Source of the DNA: Phoronis australis
Lineage: Eukaryota; Animalia; Phoronida
Direction of reading: 5' to 3'
Assembly (NCBI GenBank): GCA_002633005.1
Contig: NMRA01000087.1
Coordinates: 501,393-565,392 of the forward strand
DNA: 64,000 nt
Shown here: in pieces, positions 1 through 11,885 of the stretch
How positions within the stretch are numbered: position 1 is the stretch's first letter
Layout of the letters: the number at the start of each line of letters is the position of its first letter
Made by a program: the position numbers and the translations under genes
The notes under the pieces: model-generated
Seen by the model: only the letters and a program-made list of their open reading frames with translations
Told to the model about the DNA's origin: nothing
Databases searched by the model: none

Positions 1-2299
1 AGTGTTTCACATCTGCGCATGTGCGAACCTCAATAAGAGCAGCAAGGCATTTTACTCTCAAAGTGAAGAATGCCATCGTATCTGCCTACATAGAACTGTA
101 CAATGAGGGACAGAGTAAAGACCGAAAATGATGTGACTTGCGCTTTTTAAGACCTCTCAGAATTTTGACGTACATATAAGTCCAACCAACCTTTGGAAGT
201 TTCGATTTTTAAGAGGTGTGCATTATCGCCAGCATTTCGGACGAACTGGTTTCCTCTTTATTTTCATTTTGTTGTACTACGACGGAAAGGCTTGCTTGCT
301 AAGTTGGTCACTTTTGTGTAAAGCAGTTTTCTTTATCAAGTTTACAATGTACAATACATTTTACAAGCACACTTGAATTCAACAACTGAAATATTTTAGG
401 CTCATGGAATAACATAATGCGAGAGACTGGTTACGATTAATTTACTGCGACACATTTTGAGTTGTTGTGACACTTCTAAAAACCCGTGTGCTTATTAAGC
501 CTAACTTTCTATTTCTTGTTGCCATGACTATACATCATCATTTTAACATCTCAGCTCCCCACTTAAAAATGCTCCACCGCTAGTGTAGTGCACAGCATCC
601 GCCTTCTTGTTGGAATTGGTTTTGATCTCAAGTCTTACATGAATAGCATTCATTACTAAATGTACTTATGTGCAACAGTCACTGTCCAAATCCCCAACCC
701 AACGCCCTCTTTGATTTGTAGGTTTTTGCTTGTATAGCCAGTTCCTCATGTCTGGTAGTAGATGTACTTTAAAATAAAACAGTAGCATCGCAGAAAACAG
801 TATTAAGTTCAGTTTTGTTGGGCGACTTCCATTTCGTATTGAGTGGAGCTCATTTTTATGTTTTCATAAGTTATCAAAATTTATTCAGTTGCTTTAGGAA
901 CTGATGATGATTAACGGTTGTTTTTCTGTTGGATACTACAGCATAAACTTGTTATACGTGATGCCTAAATTAATACCTACTTTTAATGCACATTACGTAT
1001 TTGGGGACCCCGTTTCATAGAAGCTGTATTTTGTATGCTAGATAATGACGATATAGATGGTACAACGCTACCATGCGTTACCCGAGGAGCCAAAAAAAAT
1101 AACACTTAAAGCTTCTTTAAAACCACCCAGCCGAAAATAATTAACCATTCATTTACACCACTGACCATTATTAATTGGCCTCGTCTCATTTTTGGCTAAA
1201 ATTAAAAGACTAAACGCGATTTCTGAGCTTGAGAAGAATAAGCAGATTGATATTCTGTACGTGAGGCCATGTTCAATTCGTTGGACTCACATTGAGCGCT
1301 CCTGGCGGGTTATTTTATGGACCGACCATGACCTTACGCAATGACGCATTCAGCTCTTCCTTCGTAAAGAAATTAAGTCTAATCCGATTAAAGAACAAGT
1401 TGAGAATATTTCTATAGCTGTAAGGAGGTTGAAAGACAAAGGTTTTCTGACAGAGTGTGGGTTCACAATACCTTTCATAAGTAACTCTAGAACAGAAAAT
1501 TTCACAAAATGGGACAATGGTCTTGCGTAGCGAAAGTCACTGCATTTGAAGATTTAGAAAAATCTTTTACCTGATCCATGATGTTCATCTAAAACTAGGT
1601 ATCACCAGCTAAAGGTCTTCCTCGAGGTTCATAGCTTAAGTGACATACTCAAAATGGCCTGAGCCAGTGCTGAATGCATAAAAAATGCTTGTTTTTGGTC
1701 GCGCCTCATTAATTCTCAATAAAATTACAATGACAAAATTTCATGTGAATTGTAAACTAATTGAAGGGTTCTCATCCGTGAAGAGTATATCGACAGCGGT
1801 TTGAAGTGGTGTTTAAAGTGTAGTTAATTTGAAAGTTAGTAGGACGCAAATGTGGGTGCGTGATCACTTATACCTACAAGTAGTAAAGTTTAGCAGGATT
1901 GTAAACTGCCTGACAAAATGCACACTTCTGCAAGTACAGTATGACATTATAGTTCCAGAGTCCTTGAACTTGAACTGCGGACTGATTTTGTCACACAAAA
2001 GAAAAATTAGAGTAGTTCCAATTTTCCTACTCCATATTAATGGATATTTTGAGTATTAATTACACGTGAGTTAGATATCCTACAGTAAAACAATTATATG
2101 CGTAGTTTTAAATTAATGAACCCCGCCCTGTGGCGTCTTACAAGTCATTGTACACAGCAAGTAAATTCAAAAGTACTCAGTTCTTGATATTTTGTCAGAC
2201 ATATTTAATCGGCTATATTTTTCTAAAATGGGATAAACGAAATTTAAATGTATATATTATATGTATTATAGCAGATGCTTTATAAATGCTGGACAATAA

Positions 2300-2960
2300 T
2301 TACCATTTGAAATGGGTCAGCGAAGCTGACTCAGACGGTGCCCAACCCCATAGAGCCATGTACGCAGGGAGCTTTTCGCCAAATTTGCGACTCGCCGTGG
2401 GTAGCATTCTGCATGCCAAGTTTCTTCCGATAAAAGCAAGATCTTGCAAGTCCTCACAAAATCACACGAGTGAAAGGCCATTGTTGAGCGAGTATACTCC
2501 AACAAATTCCTTCATTCACCAACGAAAGTTTTGGCGTGTCAGTTCAATAATGACGTCTCCTATGATACATGTAGACTAAGACTTCCGCCGACAAGGCGAA
2601 ATTTCCCGAAAAGCTTTACCTAAGATTACTCAACCTTCCATCGATGTTTAATACCATCTATCAGCCGTGGTAGTTTTTGTGTGCTGTGCGTGGTTTTGCG
2701 CTCGTTTGAGCACAGTACCGTAGAGTTGCCAATGATGGGTGTCCCCTCCGGTAAAACCTAGGTAAAACAAATCTTTTCCGTTCACCAGCGACGGGTCTTC
2801 GACCCGGTAGGTGCCGTCTTCATTCGATACCATCAACTCGCCCGGTATCTCGTTTGCGCACGATACTGGACCAGCTTTGTACGTTGCACGAATTGAGTGG
2901 AGGTACATGTACAGCGACTGTAGTATCCTGCATGCCGCAGAGATATTGCCGCATTTCAAA
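2300..2960 (-). pseudogene. Possible decayed coding sequence, unidentified
   Basis: GC-richer than flanks; protein-like stretches (NEIPGELMVSNEDGTYRVEDPSLVNGKDLFYLGFTGG; FVGVYSLNNGL*..LPAYMALWGWAP) broken by stops/frameshifts. Confidence 0.3.
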
Positions 2961-4329
2961 TGATGGGTGTCAACTCATTAACAGAAACTGCGCCGTCATT
3001 AGTTCAAGCTGCTAAATTTGATATACCCTATCCCTCTGTTCAGTATTTGTTTTAGTCACGCCAGTACTCATACTGTGCAGCACTGACAGACCTTGAGAAA
3101 GTATAGATTTTCGATGCGCTTTTATACCTACTTATTCCAAAATGAGGTCCAAAGTTATGCCAAAACGGTGAAAAGCGACCCAAAGCCATACCAAAAAATG
3201 AAAATTGGCATCCATTCCGGCGGCACGTGACTGTCTACATTACATTAACTGATCAACCCAGACCGTAAAGCCTACACGGGGTATGCGTCATGCTGAACTA
3301 AGGCAGTAAAAATTGGCAATTCTTGACCCCCCCCCCCCTCCCTCTCGTCAACACCATTAAATCATTTCCCCACTGCAGTCACCTAATTAAAACCAATATG
3401 AACACCACAACATACAAGGTTTGCAATTTATTTGCAATAGTGGTTATATCTATCTTTAGCAAGAGATACAAACAAAAATGATATATTGTAACGGAAAATA
3501 ATGCAATTCTTCCATTTATACCACATTTGCAAGATTCCACACTACATTATTTGTGAGAACTGGTTAATGGATTTTAGCCAGGACATAATCGTGCACTGAG
3601 TAGGAGATACATTGTTTAAGATTATCTATGACCCTAAAAAACATTTCAAAGTCCAAATTGGGTTTCACTTTTACATAAGTGTTCAAAGTATATACACTTT
3701 TCGAAGTTCATGAAAAAATTGCATGAAACGAAAAGGAAGTTTTCTTTAGAAAACTGTAAAAACTCTAACAGTGTTTTCGCGATCTCACCTTCAACCTTAT
3801 ATCATATAAAATCTTATGTTGTTTTGCTATGAATGTACCTTTCCGCCCGGGCGGATAACGAATTTATCTGCCACTGCGGAATTGTAATCTTAGGGGTGAA
3901 ATTACTTATCCGTGAGGGCAGGTTACTAATGTGCCGCGCAGATTGCTATTCCGTCGGAGACAATAGTCTGACATAACCTGCCCGTATTTTGAGGACCAGT
4001 TTGATGCCCGTTATTCATTGGGGAAAATTGGTTCTCAAAATTCAGGCACGTGATACCCGACCATTACACCGCCTACTCTGGTGATAAGTAACTTTTGCGT
4101 TTGCAAAGAACTGACAATTCCTTTTTTCTTAAGACCACGATTGACACGTAAAATTACACGTCCTCACAAGCCAAATTGTAAAGTCTGGTCTCATTTTATG
4201 ACCAATGGCCTCTTCTATCCAAGTCCTGAGACCAGTTTCATCATGGTAAGTTGTTAAATCAAAAATTGTGTGATAGAAGGCCAGTTTATAGTCAATTTGT
4301 GTCCTCCGTCACTTTTCACGAAACATATC

Positions 4330-4700
4330 TCGTCAAAGTGGTTTGTTTGACTGTACTGGTGTATTTTCTTTGAAGAAACAACTTGAATTTTGAGCGTCGA
4401 TTTTGGCATTGTATGAATCTCCATCGAGAAATCTTACATACATCCTGTTAGTGAGCGCTTACTGTAATTGTTTAATGATAGTCCTGGGATTATATATTTT
4501 TAACCATCAAATAAATTGTTGATTCTCTCAAGACTAACAGGCTAATAGCAACAACGACACACTCGTCAGGGACTCTTTCAGGGGTGCGCCTCGCGTCATT
4601 GGCGCATAAAAATGTCCGTAGACGCACTGTGATTGCTGAACTCGAACAAATATTGCCACGATCAGGCCTTATTTTGTCTCGAATAGTATGTATTGCATTG
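4330..4700. repeat. Segmental duplicate of ~11500-11885
   Basis: Shared blocks ggtgtattttctt.gaagaaa, tccatcgag, catcctgt.agtg.gcgc.tactgtaattg, ctgtgattgctga.ctcg. Confidence 0.8.
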
Positions 4701-5610
4701 AGCTTTGTAAACTTAATTCAATGCAGTTATATTATGTACGTGGTGAAGGTTGAATTTTCAAGTTATCTACATGGTTTTACAGGTAATGAAGCAAACGAGA
4801 CGCCAGTTACCTATAAATCATTAGTTCCATACCCGCAGCATGTTTTCCTGTCATCATGCCACTGTTTTCAATAGGTTACGACTGCAATCAGCCAAACTGA
4901 ATATAAGACTTGACAGAATCAATACTGCTAACAAAACATCTAATTAGTGCTAAATCGAACTGTTCCATCATGAGAGACAACTTCTTTAATATCAAGTCTT
5001 CGTGCGTCATTTGGTTAATAAACTCGGACGATGACTTCTGCGGCAAATACACGAAACATTATCCTTGCAACCGTGGGTGGCAGAATCAGTAGGTTAGAAA
5101 CAAAATAATAACGCAAGAAGAATAATTGTTTAGGTTTTAAACCGCAACACCTGAGGTGCAGTCTTGTTACATTATGTGAAGAAATCCATGAAGGTCTGTA
5201 CATCTGGTTGACACAACTAAAGGCAGCGTGTTGTCCATCGCTTGTAACTCGAATGCTTTAAAGAGGCATGGAACGCGAAAGCTCGTCAGAAATATCTTTT
5301 AAATAATTCCTGACGAAATTATCATCTCGCAACGTACACTACAGAGTCATTCCCTTTCCCCTAAGTGGAAATTTTCACTCAAATCACAAAATTCGTTATT
5401 TTTTCAATATGCGCTAAAGAAAAACTCTGTAGTCACCACAGAGTTTCTAATCTCCTTCCCACTTATGATAAATGCGCTCATCAGTGCGTTCAGTCATTCG
5501 ACAAACAGCTGACTGATATCTTAAACGACAGATTATTACGTGTGATCGTACTCCGACTCAGAGGTCGACAGCATACTATGAGGCAAGCCGATTTCCCTGG
5601 AAGAATTCCA

Positions 5611-6100
5611 AGTGAAATGCACTCGTACTAACGAGTGTGTAACTTTGTTCTTTCACCGCTAGGTGGACGCTGGCACTGATAAGTGAAATGCACTCGTATA
5701 AAATATGTTTTATATGGGCCTGGCTTCGAGACTACATTCATCATACGAGTGCATGTAAGCTTCGTTCTTTCGCCGCCAGGTGAACGCAGGCACGAGTGAA
5801 ATGCACTTTTTCGAAATATTATAGTATACGGTAAAATGTGTGCACATGATTGTTTATAATTTATTATTAAGAGTGCAGTATAAGCGTTCTCATTCGTCAA
5901 ACTGAGTGGTCATGACTTCGAATTCAGGCGTGCGTCATAAACTGACGATTGCAGCACTCCTATTATATAAGCAGGTGCATGAACTCGTGAGACTTGTGCC
6001 CGAGTACACCTGGCGGCGAAGGAACGAAGCTATGCGCTGGTATGAACCGAGCATTTCACTCATATGGTGTGTGCATTTCACTCGTATGACGAGTGCACTA
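5611..6100. mobile_element. Foldback/MITE-like element with internal direct and inverted repeats
   Basis: agtgaaatgcactcgta repeated (5611, 5682, ~5795) and inverted (tgcatttcactcgta ~6072); gcttcgttctttcgccgccaggtg (5759) vs cacctggcggcgaaggaacgaagc (6007). Confidence 0.6.
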
Positions 6101-6156
6101 CACACAATCTCAAAAGAACACGTCTGCGTTCCGTAATATTTAGAATAGACGAATAA

Positions 6157-6525
6157 TTTTCTATTGCTGTCACGTGGTTTCATGGCTTCAGTTATGCCAC
6201 ATTTCCTGCAATGAATGATGTGGTGGCTACATTATTCCAGATTACAAAACAGGCTTATCGAAACAACCTGTTGGTCTGCTAACTTACTCTACCGACACAC
6301 GCCCAAAGATTTTAGCACGGTTGTCAGTCTATAGTTCTAACTAATGGACGGTATTATTTAAATCCATTGTCAATAACTTGAACGAGCAAACTACCACGCT
6401 CAGACATATCTTTCTATGTTTCACGTTTTACGGAATCAAGTTTGCCAGTATCGCCGTCGTCCAATCCCTCTGGTGACATCTGTCGGCCACCTTGAATACC
6501 AAACATGATTTTAAAGAGTTTCCAC
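6157..6525 (-). pseudogene. Duplicated fragment of PKD1-like last exon end and 3'UTR
   Basis: Aligns by eye to ~12860-13255 (e.g. ccaatccctctggtgacatctgtcggcca identical); contains stops. Confidence 0.85.
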
Positions 6526-7036
6526 CATGCATTTTTTGGTTTTTGACGTTTCAGACGGCTAATACTTGAAATGGATACCATAAAATCTAACTAAACACAC
6601 ACTATTTATGCCAAATTGTCGTGAATTTTTGAAATTTGAAGAAAAATTTGTTATTTCCAAGTTCACCGACAAATAATGTAACGGGGGAAGACGTTTGGTC
6701 ACTTGTTGTTAACAATCTTTTTTCCGTTCCGCTTGTATCCTCCGAACAAAGTTCGACACTTAACAGAATATTGGTAAAGCAACTGGCCAAGAGACATGAT
6801 ATAAGACACACGATGTTTGGGAACATACTTCTTTCATTATCAAGTGGAAATAAAGAAACACACTAATACCACCACAGAGCAAAAGGTGGAAACATACACA
6901 GTGGGACACGGCAGGTGTGAAATACTGCAACGAATGACAAATGAAGTGTCAAACTTTGTTCCGAGGACACCAACGGAACGGAATAAAGATTGTTAACAAC
7001 AAGTGTACATTCAACCAATATACATATATATGAATC

Positions 7037-7201
7037 TATACGTATGCATATGTATACGTATATGTATACGTATATGTATACGTATATGTATACGTATGTT
7101 TGTATGTATGTATGTGTGCATGTATGTATGTGTGTATGTATGTATGTATGTATGTATGTATGTATGTATGTATGTATGTATGTATGTATGTATGTATGTA
7201 T
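7037..7201 (+). repeat. Compound microsatellite (TATGTATACGTA)n grading into (TATG)n
   Basis: Direct reading. Confidence 0.97.
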
Positions 7202-8369
7202 AAATTGACAACTTATCCTCGCAGGTATCGTATCGAGTAGATAATTTGGTTGTTTGTGTTTACGATATCGACGGTCTTATGGGTTGTTTATGATTCACTT
7301 TTAATACAAATAAAAATTGGGAAAACATGAGTAACTCAAAAAGCGAAAGATAATTTCCATTGTGGCGATGTGCCTGGGTATTATTGCGGGTATCAGTGAG
7401 TAAACGAAATATGTGGCGACTGATGAGAACTGGCAAAAGTTGCTCATTCGAGAGGGCTTGACCTTTGTGACCATGTTCGTATCTTTTAAAAATAAAGGCT
7501 TGGGTCCCGTTTTATCAACACTCTCACCGTATATCCAGTATTAACCGAGGCCGTAAATTTTTATTGATGTACCGTTCATTTAAGCCTCGATTTACGAAGA
7601 TGATTGTTCAGCGTTCGTCACGACTTATGGTCACATGGCTGCAAATAAGTAACCTGTCTGTTTAGAAAAAAACTGAAGTTGGCATCAAATTTTCGTTCGC
7701 TGTAACAGTTTGTCCTGATCAATACACAACCTCAAGTAAGTAGTGTATTCTCGTATTTTTCTTAGGCACCTTCCGCGCTCCACGACTCTGTTTTCATTTC
7801 GAAAACGCAACGTTTTAGCTATTTCGTAAAGTATTTTTCACAGCTTACGTGAATGCATAAACACGACCAAAAACGCAATTTTTTGAAAGAGTTCTCCGTC
7901 CACACGAATATGCTAATGCGATTGTTTAAACGTTTTCGAAATGTACCATCCTCGCAGTTCATTCGCGTGCAACGAACATGACGTATTCACACATTTTCAC
8001 ATGTTCCAAATGAATGCAATGAATACGGTGTTATCAAAGAATTGATGTGGACAGCACATGTACAACCGGCTAACAGTCACACTGGCCGCAGCGTCAAATT
8101 GGACGAGAAACATGCGCAATTGTTTGTCAAGGACAAAAATATATGCTACTCCATTTTCATAAATCTTTCTAAAACATTCGTCATAATGTGTACGATGGTT
8201 GCCCAGAATAGATAGATGAAAGCCAAAATTTGACTAAACGCTTTCAGCAGTACGTAATAACTCAATGCATCTTGAAACATGTGCGTCTCATAGGAATGAA
8301 AATGTCGAGTCCTGTCAAATGACTACTCTTTGAATGCATAAAATTATGATTCGTTTCTGAACTTATGTG

Positions 8370-8635
8370 AGATGAAAGGCAACGTTTCGACAGCGTCTGC
8401 TGGCTTTTTCAAGCCTGTGCGACTCCTGGTGAATTCGGTTGGACGTTAGAAAACCGACGGGAAACTTTTAAGTCAGAATCCTGTCCCAGGTGTGTGATAG
8501 GCTGAATCCCAAGCCTCCTCTTCGGTTCAAAGATGGATCCTCAGTTCTTTCATATAAACACTCCTTGGCTACCCGTTCAAACCAATTTTTCTGATTTTCA
8601 AGAAATAGTACATTGTCAAAGTCAAAGCTATAACC
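8370..8635 (-). mobile_element. Penelope-like element remnant (GIY-YIG C-terminus + pLTR hammerhead)
   Basis: GYSFDFDNVLFLENQKNWFERVAKECLYERTEDPSLNRRGGLGFSLSHTWDRIL followed by hammerhead motif. Confidence 0.8.
8377..8416 (-). ncRNA. Minimal type-I hammerhead ribozyme motif (Penelope type, U3-A8 variant)
   Basis: AGGC-UUGAAAA-A-GCCAGC-agac-GCUGUC-GAAA-CG-UU-GCCU: stem I AGGC/GCCU, stem II with one mismatch, palindromic AACGUU stem III. Confidence 0.6.
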
Positions 8636-8844
8636 ATATCTCTGTGTGGGTTAATACTGCAGAGTCATATATCACCGTAGCTAGGCCGATGATGTTAGGA
8701 CAAACGTGCTTTCAAGGACTGCTCAGTTTCACCTAGTACATAACTTTCAGGGCACTCTCCATGCTGTATTCCATAGACCACATTAGCTATCTTTTCCTTA
8801 GGTTGTTTTATCCTCAGTATAAACGATTTTTTGTCTCAAATGTC

Positions 8845-8950
8845 AATAGCTTTGACCTTGACAATGTAATAATAATCATTGACGAGGGGAAAAACTGGTT
8901 TGGGAGTCAAGGAGTATGTATATGAAAGAATTGAAAACCCATCTTTGAAA
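8845..8950 (+). mobile_element. Second Penelope GIY-YIG fragment, opposite orientation
   Basis: NSFDLDNVIIIIDEGKNWF / VKEYVYERIENPSL. Confidence 0.65.
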
Positions 8951-11499
8951 ATAAATCCACCTCAGACGTATAAAAATCATGCGTTTTTTTTTTCTTCTTT
9001 TTAAATTCATAGCGTAGTTATTACATATTACTTATCTTCATTGCCATGTCTTTAGGTACTACAAGCATCATTTCTAAAAAGTTAATTGGCACGCTTTAAT
9101 GGTTGTTTTTTCAGGGCAAACCTCGCACGTCGAAAGTCTGTCTAGTGCATTCACACGGAGCAACGGTACGCGAGTGGTCTACTACAAACCCTCAATCAAC
9201 AGCAAACGAGTCTACTACGCACGTGCAAGACGTGACAAGCGTCTCCACTGCACACACTCAAGATGAGACCAGAGGTCCATTTCCGACAGACGTCTTCATG
9301 TTTCTTATTGTTGATCCTAAAACTTGGTCTTACTTTGACGACAGCCAATTCAAAAACTACAAAATTGCTGCAATGAAACTCGCCTTCGACCAGACGACAA
9401 CGAAGATTTCGGGGTAGGTTGAGGACCATGATTTACACTGGCATATGTTTTTTATATTGGTAAGGAACGTAATCATAGTCTGTCTGAGTTTTAGTGCGTG
9501 CGCTTGCTGCAAAGGGAAATCCCAGCAGACATCATTCGATAGGTGGCGCTTCTATCTAACCAGCACTTTTTGTGAGATGATTATTGATGTCTCCAAGAGT
9601 AACTATTTGAGTACTGGACAGATAATACATGTACGTTATTTTGCCACTAGAGTCCTACTATCCCGAAGCCGACGAAGTCGAAATCCGTCAGTCATAGGTT
9701 TATAGAGGTAGATTATATTTTTCCGCAATGATGCCATTTTGGAAGTATGAATATTCATGGGAACTAGAAAGTTGTTTTGAACACGAGAACATGGTTAATA
9801 GCCGTTTCAAAATAAGTCGGGAATTGTCTGAACAGTTACAATATTCCAGATGATTTTATTGCCTGTACTTGTATGTGAATTACTAATAATATCAGATTAC
9901 TAGTCATTAAGGCTTCTTCAAAATTGTTTTCTTCTTCAGAATCAAGCTAAATTACCATGATCGATTTTACACAGGATGGTATGGTGTCAATGGTCCAAGC
10001 GTCACAGAGATAAAGTTGCAGCAGAATGCGTGTATCATTCAGATTACTATGGGATTGAAGACGGGCAATATAGTCGGACTATCGTTCGCAACTAATCTGG
10101 GCAACGTTGGAAGTTATGGCCAATTAAATGATGTAACAAGCGTTGAGCATGAAGACTACATAAAACGTGTGTGCTATTTCGCTGGTGCATTCTCACGCGC
10201 TGGTGTGCACCAGTTAGCATTGGGCTTATATGTGAACCGTGATTCAACCTGGACTTTAAATAAGAAATGATATTCCATTGTTTCTTTTGACCTTTTTACC
10301 GTAAGCTACATGTATTTGTGGAATAGGGTATCTCCAATGGATTCTGAGCCAAGCATAATGAAACCAACAATTGAAATCAGAGGACAAACGACTACATATC
10401 CCACATTTCTCTAGCATTTAATAATCAATATGTTATTGGTTAGATGGTGGTCATGTTAGAAGATAGACATTACCAGTGGGGCCTTGGGATCAGGTTTACT
10501 GTACGTAACTTATTACTGCGTGATTTAAAATACAAATGGATTCGAATCGTTGAATCTAATGGTCTTTGTTTAATAAACTACACTGGTTATCCTCCGGCTC
10601 CGACAACAGTAGCGTACATTTCACCGTCAGTCAGGCTGGTCTTAGCTTGACTGTCACTCAATTCAGACATCTCATGCGATAACTTTGTTCGATCTCAGAG
10701 TGAAAAAGTCTTATAAGGAAGACCTGCCAAACCTCGGTTACCTAAACGTTTAATTATCCTCGTTGAGAATTTTTGCTATACACTGTAAATGCTGCATTGC
10801 CGACACTAAACAACCAGTTATTTTAAATCTTGTAAAAACTTCACTAACAACGGAATGCTCTGATTGTTTTAGAAAACCAGCAAGTTTTGATATTCCCTCA
10901 TACTATAAACAGAAATCAATGCAACAGCTGACTTTCGAAATAGCAGTGCCATATTTAAATTCACTAACCGCCAGACGGCGATCAGGTCTTTGGTGGACAG
11001 GTGTTTAGCGCCATCTGCAGATTCCACGTAATGCAGACGAGAAGTTTCAACAGCGTTTTTTTCACTTTTCCTGCTATTATAATGTCGACAAATTTCCACT
11101 GCTGAGCGATGGGATATACCAATGTCCTACGAAAATGGCAAACCATTAGAAAAATTAATTTATGACACGACAACAGAATGCTTTTGCAGTGCATTTATTC
11201 ACGAGCATGGGGTACAATATCAAACAGAAAGGATGTATAGGAAGGGGTTTGCAAACAACTAACAGACGCTCGGCGCATAACTGTAACGCCGTGAAAGAAA
11301 AAATCGTAAAAGTCTCGCCTGTGACAATAACGAAATTCTGATTCTTGCGAAGCCCTGAAATTACCTCTAATTTGACTGAGGAACAATTTGTGGCAAATTT
11401 CAAAACGAAAAACTGTTTGAATCCAAAGATTTTTATGATGTAAGGCGAGTTTACAGCTGCTTTACAAGTCCTGCGTCATTAATCATGGAACAAAGCACA

Positions 11500-11885
11500 C
11501 GTAAAATGTCTTGTTTGACGGCACTGGAGTGGTGTATTTTCTTCGAAGAAAAGCAACTTTGGTTCCAACACTTTTGACATCATGCGAGTCTCCATCGAGC
11601 AATCCTTACATGCATCCTGTAAGTGTGCGCGTACTGTAATTGCTTGGTGATAGGCCTGTGCTTTTATTTCTAGTTACCAACTAAATTGTTGGATGTCTCA
11701 AAAACAACGTGTAAAAAACAAGAACGACACATTCGCCAAGGGTGATTTCAGGGGCGCCTCCCGCGTCACTCAGGTGAATAGAAATGTTCGTTGACGCGCT
11801 GTGATTGCTGAGCTCGGGCAAACTGGCGCATTAAAATAGTGTTGCGATCACGTCTTATTCTGACTTGAATAGTGCGTATTACATT
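11500..11885. repeat. Segmental duplicate of ~4330-4700
   Basis: See 4330-4700; collinear with the other duplicated blocks. Confidence 0.8.

Larger units (their letters stand above)
7709..10270 (+). pseudogene. Paralog of the nested jacalin-like gene (PAN-less; possibly still functional): exon pieces 7709-7735, 9146(or 9115)-9413, 9940-10270
   Basis: High similarity to 25952-29108 including introns; jacalin exon open; PAN exon absent; 1-nt indel near 9157 relative to the nested copy; polyA signal altered (aattga). Confidence 0.7.

Noticed and set aside
1255-1450. THIERSW resembling Tc1/mariner LNPIExxW motif
   Set aside because: Only a weak partial match, no other transposase motifs or TIRs.
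6878-6920. QWDTAG followed by GT, resembling the Rab/Ras G3 motif WDTAGQ
   Set aside because: No P-loop or other GTPase motifs nearby and upstream residues do not fit; likely chance.
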